Of a DNA stretch of 32,000 nt, positions 1-6,999 are shown piece by piece. Both the position numbers and the translations under genes were made by a program. The notes under the pieces were generated by a model. The model worked only from the letters and a program-made list of their open reading frames with translations. It was not told the origin of the DNA and searched no databases. Position 1 is the first letter of the stretch, and every line of letters starts with the position of its first letter. Source of the DNA: Prochlorococcus sp. MIT 0801 (GTDB taxonomy: Bacteria > Cyanobacteriota > Cyanobacteriia > PCC-6307 > Cyanobiaceae). The stretch lies in NCBI RefSeq assembly GCF_000757865.1, contig NZ_CP007754.1:390001-422000 (forward strand). Reading direction: 5' to 3'.

Positions 1-1
1 G

Positions 2-295
2 TTGGATTCTTTAGGATTGCTTTCAGATGCTTTTGGACAAGCAAAAACTATAGAGAGTTCTATTTTGAAATTCCATTCTGCTTGGAAAAGATTAGAAGGC
101 TTGCAAGAGAGACTATGGGTTGAGTCTGGTAGTAGCACGCCATATTTAAGAGAGCTTTTAGACACACTTCAAACACTCACTGGTTCAACAATAAGAGTTT
201 CTCTTGGAGAACTTTCAGGAGGGAAAAGGTTGAGATTACAACTTGTTGAAGAAGACTCTGAAAGATTGGAACCTCCACCTCTTGAAATCAATTAA
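2..295 (+). CDS. 3' end of a CDS that starts upstream of the window; hypothetical protein
   Basis: Frame is open from the window edge to TAA at 293-295. No family recognised from the 97 C-terminal residues. Confidence 0.35.
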   Translation: MDSLGLLSDAFGQAKTIESSILKFHSAWKRLEGLQERLWVESGSSTPYLRELLDTLQTLTGSTIRVSLGELSGGKRLRLQLVEEDSERLEPPPLEIN

Positions 296-306
296 TAATT
301 AATAAT

Positions 307-1167
307 TTATAATTTAAAATCCTGATCACAAAAATCACTAATTAATTTAAATTCAAAATCAGTTTCAGGGAAATACCAGTTTGTCCAGTAAGAATTATTT
401 AATGTATTGTTTAGAGCTCTCTTTGTGCAATTAAGAGCTAAATAGAAAGCTTTATTTTTTTTTGTTTTTGATTGAGCAATATAGTTGCCATCAAAATATG
501 TCCAATCTGACCAATTGATAATTAAAGATCCATATTTTATCCATTTTGAAGGTTTAGGTGTTCTTAATTTCAATTTGAAATTAGGTTTGATTTTGATAGG
601 ATAATTTAATTTATTTAAAGTCTTAACTTGTTCAATTGGGATTTTGTGAATATATGCGATAGTTGAAAGATCATCTTTATTGGACGTTTGATGATAAAAA
701 ACTTTTTTACTTGCTAATTTAATATTTTCTCTATCGACTACTTTCTTATATGTAGTTCCCTTTGGTAAGAAGATAATCTGATTAAGCTTAAGATAAGAAT
801 CATTTTTTAGATTATTCATGGAAATAATATCATTTAGGCTTACGTTGTAATCTCTTGCAATCTTGTAAAGAGTATCCCCTTTGCTTACTTTATAAGTAAC
901 ATATTCATTGTTTTTGTATTTATCAATCTCTTTATGAGGTATAATTATAACTTCTCCTTCTATTATTTTTGTCGCATCATTGAAATTATTCTTATACATT
1001 AGTTCTTTTAAGGTGACTCCATATTCTTTGGATATTTTGAAAAGGGTATCACCACTTTTTGCGATAATCTTTGTCTCTGAATTAACTTTTAAAGTAAATA
1101 TTGATAAGAGTAATATAATACTATTGATGTAATATAAAATGATAGTTATTTTTATACTTTTGAACAT
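307..1167 (-). CDS. LysM-domain (peptidoglycan-binding) protein with N-terminal signal/anchor
   Basis: N-terminal hydrophobic segment (ILYYINSIILLLSIFTL). Two LysM-like repeats follow (AKSGDTLFKISKEYGVTLKELMYKNN..., YKVSKGDTLYKIARDYNVSLNDIISMNNL...). ATG start at 1167. Confidence 0.75.
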   Translation of the reverse strand: MFKSIKITIILYYINSIILLLSIFTLKVNSETKIIAKSGDTLFKISKEYGVTLKELMYKNNFNDATKIIEGEVIIIPHKEIDKYKNNEYVTYKVSKGDTLYKIARDYNVSLNDIISMNNLKNDSYLKLNQIIFLPKGTTYKKVVDRENIKLASKKVFYHQTSNKDDLSTIAYIHKIPIEQVKTLNKLNYPIKIKPNFKLKLRTPKPSKWIKYGSLIINWSDWTYFDGNYIAQSKTKKNKAFYLALNCTKRALNNTLNNSYWTNWYFPETDFEFKLISDFCDQDFKL

Positions 1168-1212
1168 CTCTATACTAAATTGATAATCTATCTTATAGAT
1201 ATTGAATTTACT

Positions 1213-2592
1213 TTAACCTATTAATTTATTAAGTAAAGATAAATCTAACTTGTATGGAGGGTATCTGAAGTTTAGATCTAGCCAAAAAGGTCTTTTTAGG
1301 ACTGATTTGTAATGAGTAAAGTTATCAAAACCTGCTTTACCGTGGTATTTTCCCATACCACTTGTTCCTACACCTCCAAATGGCAGTTCAGGTATACCTG
1401 CCTGTAAAACAACATCATTAAAACAAACACCTCCTGAAGAGGTCATTGATAGTACTTTCCCTTGTTCCTTCTCACTTCCTCCAAAAAGATATAGAGCAAG
1501 GGGTTTAGGCAATAACTTGAAATCTGAGATTGCTTGATCGAGATTTTTAATACTCAAAATAGGTAGCAATGGGCCAAAGAGTTCTTCCTTCATAAGTGGA
1601 TCATTCCGATTCTCGATTTTGATGAGTGTAGGGCTAATTCTTTTCTCTTTTTCATTGCTATCTCCTCCATAGATTATCTGGTGATTCTTTTTAGCCTGAT
1701 TTAGTAAATTATTAAGTCTATTAAATTGTTTTTCATTAATAATGCACCCCAGATGTTTTGAATCTAAAGGCGAATTTCCGTAAAAATCATTAATCGAATT
1801 TATTAAATTAGAAATTAATGAATCAAAAAGTTTATGCTCAACAAGTAAATGATCCGGAGCAATACATGTTTGACCAGCGTTTAGACTTTTTCCCCATATA
1901 ACTCTCTTTGCCGTTACCTCTAGATTTGCACCATCGATAACAACAGCTGGGCTTTTGCCTCCAAGTTCTAAAGTTACTGGAGTGAGGTTTCTTGATGCGG
2001 CTTCCATTACTTTTTTTCCTATATTTTCTCCACCTGTGAAAAAGACGTGATCAAATTTTCGACTCATTAAATCAGCCGCAATGTTTCCATCTCCTTCAAT
2101 AACTTGCGCGATCTCTGGGGGGAAATATTCTTCTATAAGTTTTTTTATCAGAGTTGACACGTTAGGTGCATGCTCTGATGGCTTTAAAACAGCAGTGTTC
2201 CCAGCAGCTAATGCTCCTACTAGTGGTTGAAGAGTAAGCGAAAAAGGATAATTCCACGGACCAATTATTAAAATACAGCCCAACGGATCTGGCTGGACCA
2301 ATGCTTGAGCTGGTTTAAGAGAGACAGGCACATTGATTTGCCTTGTCTTCATCCAACTAGATAAATTTTTCTGTGCCAGTTTTATCTCTTGTTTGACAGC
2401 AATAATCTCGAAGAACGCCTCTGTGGCTGGTTTTCCTAAATCTTGCCTTAGAGCATTTAAAATGTCTTGTTGATGATTTTCTAATAAATTTGATAAAGAG
2501 TTAAGCTGTGCTCTTCTCCATTTCTCATTTCTAGTTTTGCCAGATAGAACTAGATCTTGTAATTGATTAAGTACGAAATTTTCTAATGACAT
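1213..2592 (-). CDS. NAD(P)+-dependent aldehyde dehydrogenase (class-3-like)
   Basis: 459 aa. ALDH signatures present: LELGGKSP (catalytic Glu region), GQTCIAPD (catalytic Cys) and FTGG. Confidence 0.9.
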   Translation of the reverse strand: MSLENFVLNQLQDLVLSGKTRNEKWRRAQLNSLSNLLENHQQDILNALRQDLGKPATEAFFEIIAVKQEIKLAQKNLSSWMKTRQINVPVSLKPAQALVQPDPLGCILIIGPWNYPFSLTLQPLVGALAAGNTAVLKPSEHAPNVSTLIKKLIEEYFPPEIAQVIEGDGNIAADLMSRKFDHVFFTGGENIGKKVMEAASRNLTPVTLELGGKSPAVVIDGANLEVTAKRVIWGKSLNAGQTCIAPDHLLVEHKLFDSLISNLINSINDFYGNSPLDSKHLGCIINEKQFNRLNNLLNQAKKNHQIIYGGDSNEKEKRISPTLIKIENRNDPLMKEELFGPLLPILSIKNLDQAISDFKLLPKPLALYLFGGSEKEQGKVLSMTSSGGVCFNDVVLQAGIPELPFGGVGTSGMGKYHGKAGFDNFTHYKSVLKRPFWLDLNFRYPPYKLDLSLLNKLIG

Positions 2593-2801
2593 TGTTAATT
2601 ACGATTTTCAACCCTTCTAACAAAATAAATCATAAGTTGAGGCTAAGGTCTAACGAGGTAGTTCTATGAGCATTTTAACTTAGCCTTTGACTTTTATTTT
2701 TTGAAGAGACTCAGTACTTTTTTTGATGATTGATAAGACTAATACTGAAAACTTTCAAAGAGAACAATCGCTATTCTTAGTAAACAAGAAGAAAAAGGGC
2801 T

Positions 2802-3125
2802 TTGAGTATTATTTACGAGTTACTTTTTTTGTATATCGGGCCTAATATATTAATCCCTGTAAATGTAAGATTGATTAATCATTTATTAATTATTTTTGTA
2901 TTCTCTTTGGCTTTTATAGGTGTTGCCGAAGTGATGTACTGGTTATATAAAAAAGAATATCTCAGAGCAAAAGCTAAATATCTAAGAGAATTAATAGATC
3001 AAAAAAATGATTTGAGTAGTCTAAATGAACCTTTTTATGCATGTGTATACGAGAAATGGAACTCTGGAGAAATGCCTTTAACAGAAGCTAATACAACTTG
3101 CAGTCTAAAGTTTGAACATAATTAG
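2802..3125 (+). CDS. hypothetical small membrane protein
   Basis: 107-codon ORF with TTG start and one or two hydrophobic helices (LLIIFVFSLAFIGVAEVMYWL). No family recognised; very AT-rich. Confidence 0.3.
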   Translation: MSIIYELLFLYIGPNILIPVNVRLINHLLIIFVFSLAFIGVAEVMYWLYKKEYLRAKAKYLRELIDQKNDLSSLNEPFYACVYEKWNSGEMPLTEANTTCSLKFEHN

Positions 3126-3204
3126 TGTTTGTTATAGCGATTATTTAATAATTTCATTACTATAAACTTAAGATAAGACTTCGTTCCTGATTGAAAAATA
3201 TTTT

Positions 3205-3954
3205 ATGACTAAAAAGTTTATTATTAGTAAATATTTTAATTATTTAATAATAATTTTCTTCGTTGTTATTTTAAGTATTACTTTTTTTTACTTGGATGTT
3301 AATATCATTACTGATTTTTTTTATGATAGTGTTAGTGGTTTAAATGCGAATAACTTTTTTAGCTTAATCTTAATATTCTTGTTATTTGTATTAAGATCCA
3401 TTAGTATCATAATACCAGTTTTACCTGGAACAATATTTTCCGCTGCTGCTGGCTTTCAGTTTGGTTTTACACAGGGGCTAGTTATTATATTTTTTGCAGA
3501 TTTTTTCTCTTGTTCAGTATCATTTTTACTGGCGAGAAAATTGGGAAGAAAATATATTAGTAGATTACTTGGTTCAAGACAAATGCGAAGAGTTGAAAGC
3601 ATTAGTCAAGATTATCTAGAAAATAATTATTTCCTTATGACAGCTCTACTAATGTCTGGTTTCTTTGATTTTGTTTGTTATGCCATAGGACTGACAAAAA
3701 TAACATGGAAAAGGTTTATGCCTGCTTTGATTTTTAGCATAATAATCTCAGATTCACCTTTTTTAGCCAGTGGTTTTGCCGCAAGAAAAATCAAAGATAT
3801 TGGATTGAAAAATTTCTTACAAAAAATATTAAATGGAGAATTAAATATAATTTCTGGAAATTACCTTTTTCTATTCATAACATCTTTTTTAATAATATTT
3901 ATCTTGGCAATCATAAATATATATCTACAAAAAAGATCAAATATTATTAAGTAA
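3205..3954 (+). CDS. TVP38/TMEM64 (DedA-related, SNARE-associated) family membrane protein
   Basis: 249 aa, polytopic. Core PVLPGTIFSAAAGFQFGF and ARKLGRKYI are typical of the TVP38/DedA family. Confidence 0.7.
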   Translation: MTKKFIISKYFNYLIIIFFVVILSITFFYLDVNIITDFFYDSVSGLNANNFFSLILIFLLFVLRSISIIIPVLPGTIFSAAAGFQFGFTQGLVIIFFADFFSCSVSFLLARKLGRKYISRLLGSRQMRRVESISQDYLENNYFLMTALLMSGFFDFVCYAIGLTKITWKRFMPALIFSIIISDSPFLASGFAARKIKDIGLKNFLQKILNGELNIISGNYLFLFITSFLIIFILAIINIYLQKRSNIIK

Positions 3955-3964
3955 TTTATTAGTT

Positions 3965-3988
3965 AAAAAAAAGCCCCTTAAGGGGCTT
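3965..3988 (-). terminator. rho-independent terminator, strong on the minus strand and weak on the plus strand
   Basis: AAGCCCC-TTAA-GGGGCTT hairpin at 3971-3988. On the minus strand a run of 8 T follows it (A-run 3965-3972 on plus). It lies 22 nt after the stop of the 4010-4111 minus-strand micro-ORF. Confidence 0.65.
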
Positions 3989-4009
3989 TGGAGCATATGG
4001 TTTTTGCTA

Positions 4010-4111
4010 CTAGCTTTGGTAAGACTTACCTCGATAAGTAAGTTGTACTTGCTGTTTTTCGATAGCTGCTTTTTGCTGGTTGTACTTAAGACCTCTGTAG
4101 GTTAAAGACAT
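4010..4111 (-). CDS. 33-aa DUF4278-like small protein (two YRG repeats), absent from the ORF track
   Basis: Hand translation gives MSLTYRGLKYNQQKAAIEKQQVQLTYRGKSYQS, then TAG. GGAGAAAG Shine-Dalgarno lies 5 nt upstream of the ATG (4111-4109). A terminator follows directly. The N-terminal M-x-L-x-YRG-x-x-Y and second YRG-x-x-Y recall the cyanobacterial DUF4278 family. Confidence 0.6.
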   Translation of the reverse strand: MSLTYRGLKYNQQKAAIEKQQVQLTYRGKSYQS

Positions 4112-4168
4112 TTTTCTTTCTCCGAAATATGCTCAAGTCCCCGTTCCTTGGCTTGAGTCAAACTGCGG

Positions 4169-4184
4169 CTCATCATTTGATGAG
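4169..4184. promoter_or_regulatory. 16-bp palindrome CTCATCA-TT-TGATGAG upstream of the DUF4278-like gene; possible operator
   Basis: Perfect 7+7 inverted repeat with a 2-nt centre, about 60-70 nt upstream of the 4111 start codon. No known regulator motif recognised. Confidence 0.2.
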
Positions 4185-4548
4185 TTGAACGTTTTTGGTA
4201 GTTTTAACTACATTTATAATTTAAGTCAAATTTTGCATTCTCGGAGTTCAGCTTGTTACATAAAGCTTATTGTCCTTGCTAAAGCAAAACTTTTTAAATT
4301 CTTATGACCTGTGATAATTGAAAAGTATTAATGCTTGTGTTGATGCTGCTTAAACCCAAAGTATTTCATGAACATCTTTAAAGTATCCATCTGACCATTA
4401 TTTACGTTCCAACATCTAAAAATAAAGAACAAAATGGAGAACATTCTCATCAAAAAAATCGAGAATATTTATTTTCTATTTTTGGATATGCTGATAGTTC
4501 TTGATTGCTCATTTCTGCGATTTTTCAGCGATAGCAATGCATTGGTAT

Positions 4549-4571
4549 AAAAAAAAGACCCCATGAGGTCT
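4549..4571 (-). terminator. rho-independent terminator downstream of the left tRNA-Tyr/tRNA-Thr-like unit
   Basis: Minus strand reads AGACC-TCATGG-GGTCT followed by T8. It sits about 40 nt after the 3' end of the tRNA-Thr-like sequence. Confidence 0.5.
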
Positions 4572-4610
4572 CTAGATTCGTTCTGATAGTTCTTTGGTAG
4601 AGGGTCTTCG

Positions 4611-4687
4611 TGCCCTCGACGGGATTTGAAACCGATAGTAGAGCACTACCTTCTCAAGGGAGTGCTCTACCGTTGAGCTACAAGGGC
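4611..4687 (-). pseudogene. decayed tRNA-Thr-derived copy (tRNA-like, non-canonical fold)
   Basis: The 77-nt minus-strand sequence shares the acceptor stem, D arm and anticodon-stem 5' half with the intact tRNA-Thr at 7479-7550. The anticodon loop reads TTGAGAA and the anticodon stem has a C-T mismatch. About 10 nt are inserted, and the T stem keeps only 3 of 5 pairs (TCGGT/CCCGT versus TCGGG/CCCGA). Confidence 0.6.
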
Positions 4688-4783
4688 TTGTTGAAAGATG
4701 GGCCGGGTTGGATTTGAACCAACGTAGGCGTAGCCAGCGGATTTACAGTCCGCCCCCATTAACCACTCGGGCACCGACCCGAT
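4655..4783. repeat. left copy of a ~130-nt direct repeat (tRNA-Thr 5' half + spacer + tRNA-Tyr)
   Basis: Hand alignment with 7518-7647. The tRNA-Tyr part is identical. There is one substitution in the tRNA-Thr part, plus a 1-nt indel and 1-2 substitutions in the spacer. Confidence 0.9.
4699..4780 (-). tRNA. tRNA-Tyr (GUA), copy 1
   Basis: 82 nt. Acceptor GGGTCGG/CCGGCCC, anticodon arm GCGGA-CTGTAAA-TCCGC, long variable arm, T loop GGTTCAAATCC. Identical at 82/82 positions to 7563-7644. Confidence 0.9.
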
Positions 4784-4824
4784 TTCTTTCCACGCAGCTT
4801 GGCATCTTTGCTTGACGCCAATCG

Positions 4825-4853
4825 AATATATATCCGATGTGACGACTTGCCAA
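4825..4853 (-). promoter_or_regulatory. sigma-70-like promoter for tRNA-Tyr copy 1
   Basis: Minus strand reads TTGGCA (4853-4848), a 17-nt spacer, then TATATT (4830-4825). It lies about 45 nt upstream of the tRNA 5' end. Confidence 0.35.
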
Positions 4854-4975
4854 ATTTTTTTTAGGGAGTGCTTTGATCTGTCGCTCGTCTATTTTTTTTG
4901 TGCGTTTTACCCACTCTTGATTTCACTTCCTATCTGTTCAAATACATCAAATTAAACATCCTAATTAACTAAATT

Positions 4976-5398
4976 GTGAGATGCTCTAAGAATATACATT
5001 TTAGAAAATTGTCTTCTGATTCACAGCAGATAGAAGCTCTTATACAAGGTTTTGCAGACATGGCTCAAAACAAAACATTTTTACCAGCTAATACCACAAA
5101 TGATTTCTTGGCAATCAGACCAAGTGGTAACCCCATAACCGCGCAGGGTCTTGCAGGAATGTATGACAGTGATGATTTGGTTATTAAACTCTCCGAATTA
5201 GTCAAGATTCATCGGCTAGAGACTAATTCTGATTGGGGCTTTGCTGCATTTACCCTGAAAGAAGCGTTTAGCTACAAAGGTGACCTGAATAATGATTTAT
5301 CTACCTATTCATTGATTTTCAAGAAAATTGATGGCATATGGAATATTGCATGGATGCAAAGATCACAAGGAACTACGGATCTCTCAACGTGGGAATAA
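4976..5398 (+). CDS. NTF2-fold / SnoaL-like (DUF4440-like) protein
   Basis: The start of the domain (QQIEALIQGFADMAQNK) and the C-terminal beta pattern (YSLIFKKIDGIWNIAWMQRS) resemble SnoaL/DUF4440 proteins. The start is uncertain: GTG at 4976 or in-frame TTG at 5009 (MSSDSQQIEAL...). Confidence 0.5.
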   Translation: MRCSKNIHFRKLSSDSQQIEALIQGFADMAQNKTFLPANTTNDFLAIRPSGNPITAQGLAGMYDSDDLVIKLSELVKIHRLETNSDWGFAAFTLKEAFSYKGDLNNDLSTYSLIFKKIDGIWNIAWMQRSQGTTDLSTWE

Positions 5399-5432
5399 TT
5401 AAATACAACAACTCCTAAAAATGATGTAGCTT

Positions 5433-5702
5433 TTATTTCTTGAATTTTAGAAGCTGTTTAATAACGGCTTTAACACTAGAAATCCATCTCCCAGCTCGTG
5501 AAGAAGAAGTGAGAGATTTAGTTAAAAGTTCTATTTGTTCTTGTCTCTCTTTGTATTTAATTACCAGTTCTTTTTTTGCGATAACAAGGCTTTGGCAATC
5601 ATTCTCGTTATCCCAATTATCGATATTTGCTTCTAATTCATATATGTCCATAGTTCTGTACTTACTGATAAGTATTTGTAAATTATCAGGTTCGGAACTC
5701 AT
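5433..5702 (-). CDS. hypothetical protein (charged, helical)
   Basis: 89-codon ORF with ATG start and protein-like composition. It is preferred over the antisense 5440-5721 ORF, which is low-complexity Leu/Ser/Ile-rich. Confidence 0.4.
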   Translation of the reverse strand: MSSEPDNLQILISKYRTMDIYELEANIDNWDNENDCQSLVIAKKELVIKYKERQEQIELLTKSLTSSSRAGRWISSVKAVIKQLLKFKK

Positions 5703-5939
5703 GAAAAATGACTTGCATTGAGTGTATTAACTTGTGAAATATAGCTTCTAAGCAAAATATCAAGGTTGGGTAAACTCACTCGTGTTTGGGCTATTTATAC
5801 TTATTAGAGTCATCAATAGATCTAATCATTGGATAAATATCTCTCTAATTAGTTGTTGTCATTAGTCTTTGAGACTTGTTGTTATTGATTATTAGAAGAA
5901 GCCGTACCCGACCGTATCTTTGCTCTACAAAGTAAATAC

Positions 5940-5957
5940 TTTACATTTATTCACATC
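5940..5957 (+). promoter_or_regulatory. candidate HLR1 (RpaB-type) direct repeat upstream of the hli operon
   Basis: TTTACATT-TA-TTCACATC fits (G/T)TTACA(T/A)(T/A)-N2-(G/T)TTACA(T/A)(T/A) with two mismatches in the second half. It ends 16 nt before the first hli ATG. Confidence 0.3.
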
Positions 5958-5972
5958 AACGCAATTTCAGTA

Positions 5973-6179
5973 ATGACAAGTTCATCTTCTTCTCAGGTAA
6001 TCACTGAGTACGGCAAGCAAAACATCTTTGGCCGTGAAACACAGCCACAGCTTGTAGAGGACTACACCAGCTATCCAGAAGAAGCAGAAAAGACAAATGG
6101 CCGTTGGGCAATGATCGGAATGGTCAGTCTTTTGGTTTCATACTTCACAACAGGTCAAATCATTCCTGGAATTTTCTAA
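5973..6179 (+). CDS. hli: high-light-inducible protein (HLIP, one-helix CAB family), copy 1
   Basis: 68 aa. Canonical motif AEKTNGRWAMIGMV and C-terminal TTGQIIPGIF. Confidence 0.9.
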   Translation: MTSSSSSQVITEYGKQNIFGRETQPQLVEDYTSYPEEAEKTNGRWAMIGMVSLLVSYFTTGQIIPGIF

Positions 6180-6199
6180 ACCAATAACTACTAATAACA

Positions 6200-6319
6200 A
6201 TGCAACCATCTAACAAAACAATCCTAGAAAGAAGCATCGGCAGACCAGCCATGATGGCATTCGTTCTACTAACAGGTATCTACCTAACAACCGGTCAACT
6301 TATCCCAGGTGTTGTTTAA
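6200..6319 (+). CDS. hli: HLIP-like one-helix protein, copy 2 (39 aa; not in the ORF track)
   Basis: Hand translation gives MQPSNKTILERSIGRPAMMAFVLLTGIYLTTGQLIPGVV. The motif is variant, ERSIGRPAM (Ile where Asn is expected). Confidence 0.75.
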   Translation: MQPSNKTILERSIGRPAMMAFVLLTGIYLTTGQLIPGVV

Positions 6320-6468
6320 TGACTACTCAAAACAACAGCAGCGGCAGAAACATTGATCCTGAAAAGGTAACTGCAGAAAGACTTAATGGCTATGCAGCAT
6401 TGTTTGGATGCATTGCTTTAGTTGGTGCTTACGCAACAACAGGACAAATTATCCCAGGTTTCGTTTAA
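6319..6468 (+). CDS. hli: HLIP-like one-helix protein, copy 3 (49 aa; not in the ORF track)
   Basis: Hand translation gives MTTQNNSSGRNIDPEKVTAERLNGYAALFGCIALVGAYATTGQIIPGFV. The ATG overlaps the previous stop (TAATG). Motif ERLNGYAAL has Tyr where Arg is expected. Confidence 0.75.
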   Translation: MTTQNNSSGRNIDPEKVTAERLNGYAALFGCIALVGAYATTGQIIPGFV

Positions 6469-6614
6469 TGAAAAATCAAATTACTGAAACTCCAAGAGTA
6501 GAAGATGGCAAGGTGATTGCAGAAAGACTTAATGGCTTAGCTGCATCGATTGGCTGTTTAGCCCTTGTTGGAGCATATTTAACAACAGGTCAAATCATTC
6601 CAGGTTTCGTTTAA
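6468..6614 (+). CDS. hli: HLIP-like one-helix protein, copy 4 (48 aa from the internal ATG)
   Basis: MKNQITETPRVEDGKVIAERLNGLAASIGCLALVGAYLTTGQIIPGFV. The ATG at 6468 overlaps the upstream stop (TAATG). The track's 6408 start would run through copy 3. Confidence 0.8.
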   Translation: MKNQITETPRVEDGKVIAERLNGLAASIGCLALVGAYLTTGQIIPGFV

Positions 6615-6739
6615 TGAACAAAGAAACTAACTACTGGAAAACAGCCGAGCAAATGAATGGCCGCCTTGCGATGATGGGCTTCTTTGCAGCTGTGATTAAC
6701 TACGGAATAACAGGCTGGATCATTCCAGGAATAGTTTAA
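6614..6739 (+). CDS. hli: high-light-inducible protein, copy 5 (41 aa; not in the ORF track)
   Basis: MNKETNYWKTAEQMNGRLAMMGFFAAVINYGITGWIIPGIV. Canonical EQMNGRLAMMG motif, with a TAATG overlap onto copy 4. Confidence 0.85.
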   Translation: MNKETNYWKTAEQMNGRLAMMGFFAAVINYGITGWIIPGIV

Positions 6740-6769
6740 TTCTGATTCTTAAGATCTAATCAAAAAAGA

Positions 6770-6802
6770 CCTCTTCTCTGTCATTACAGAAGAGGCTTTT
6801 TT
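6770..6802 (+). terminator. rho-independent terminator of the hli operon
   Basis: CCTCTTCT / AGAAGAGG 8-bp stem with a 10-nt loop, then CTTTTTT. It starts 31 nt after the last hli stop. Confidence 0.75.
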
Positions 6803-6886
6803 ATTGGTTTTTATCTCTTTTAATTTCTTTTTCTGGGGTGGTGTGATGAAAGGAGATCGGGCATTACTGACTTCTCTGACTTTCAA

Positions 6887-6904
6887 TTCCCTTGCGGGAT
6901 TTGA
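6887..6904. repeat. possible third, partial copy of the tRNA-Thr 3' end (att-like remnant)
   Basis: TTCCCTTGCGGGATTTGA resembles TGCCCTCGACGGGATTTGA (4611-4629) and TGCCCTCGTCGGGACTTGA (7479-7497) in the same orientation. About 16 of 19 aligned columns match the left copy, with one gap. A chance match is not excluded. Confidence 0.3.
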
Positions 6905-6999
6905 GTTCAATTGGCAGCTCAGCTCAGCTCATCTCTCGCCCGATCCAATAAAACTCTAAGAATTTTGAGTTCCCTAATGCTTGCTCGGTTTGACCTTGG

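Noticed and set aside
4434-4550. 38-aa plus-strand ORF (MENILIKKIENIYF...); likewise the 50-aa ORF at 30458-30610
   Set aside because: No ribosome-binding site, no family resemblance, and AT-rich codon content typical of random ORFs. The hairpin after 4550 works as a terminator for the opposite strand.
5440-5721. 93-aa plus-strand ORF antisense to 5433-5702
   Set aside because: Low-complexity Leu/Ser/Ile-rich translation that fully shadows the more protein-like minus-strand ORF. Both cannot be supported, so I kept the minus-strand one at low confidence.
6408-6467. Upstream extension of the fourth hli gene (track start at 6408)
   Set aside because: It would overlap the third hli gene out of frame. 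The TAATG-coupled ATG at 6468 gives a typical HLIP N-terminus.
6916-6930. (AGCTC)x3 micro-repeat
   Set aside because: Only three units in non-coding relic DNA, too short to call a functional or phase-variable repeat.
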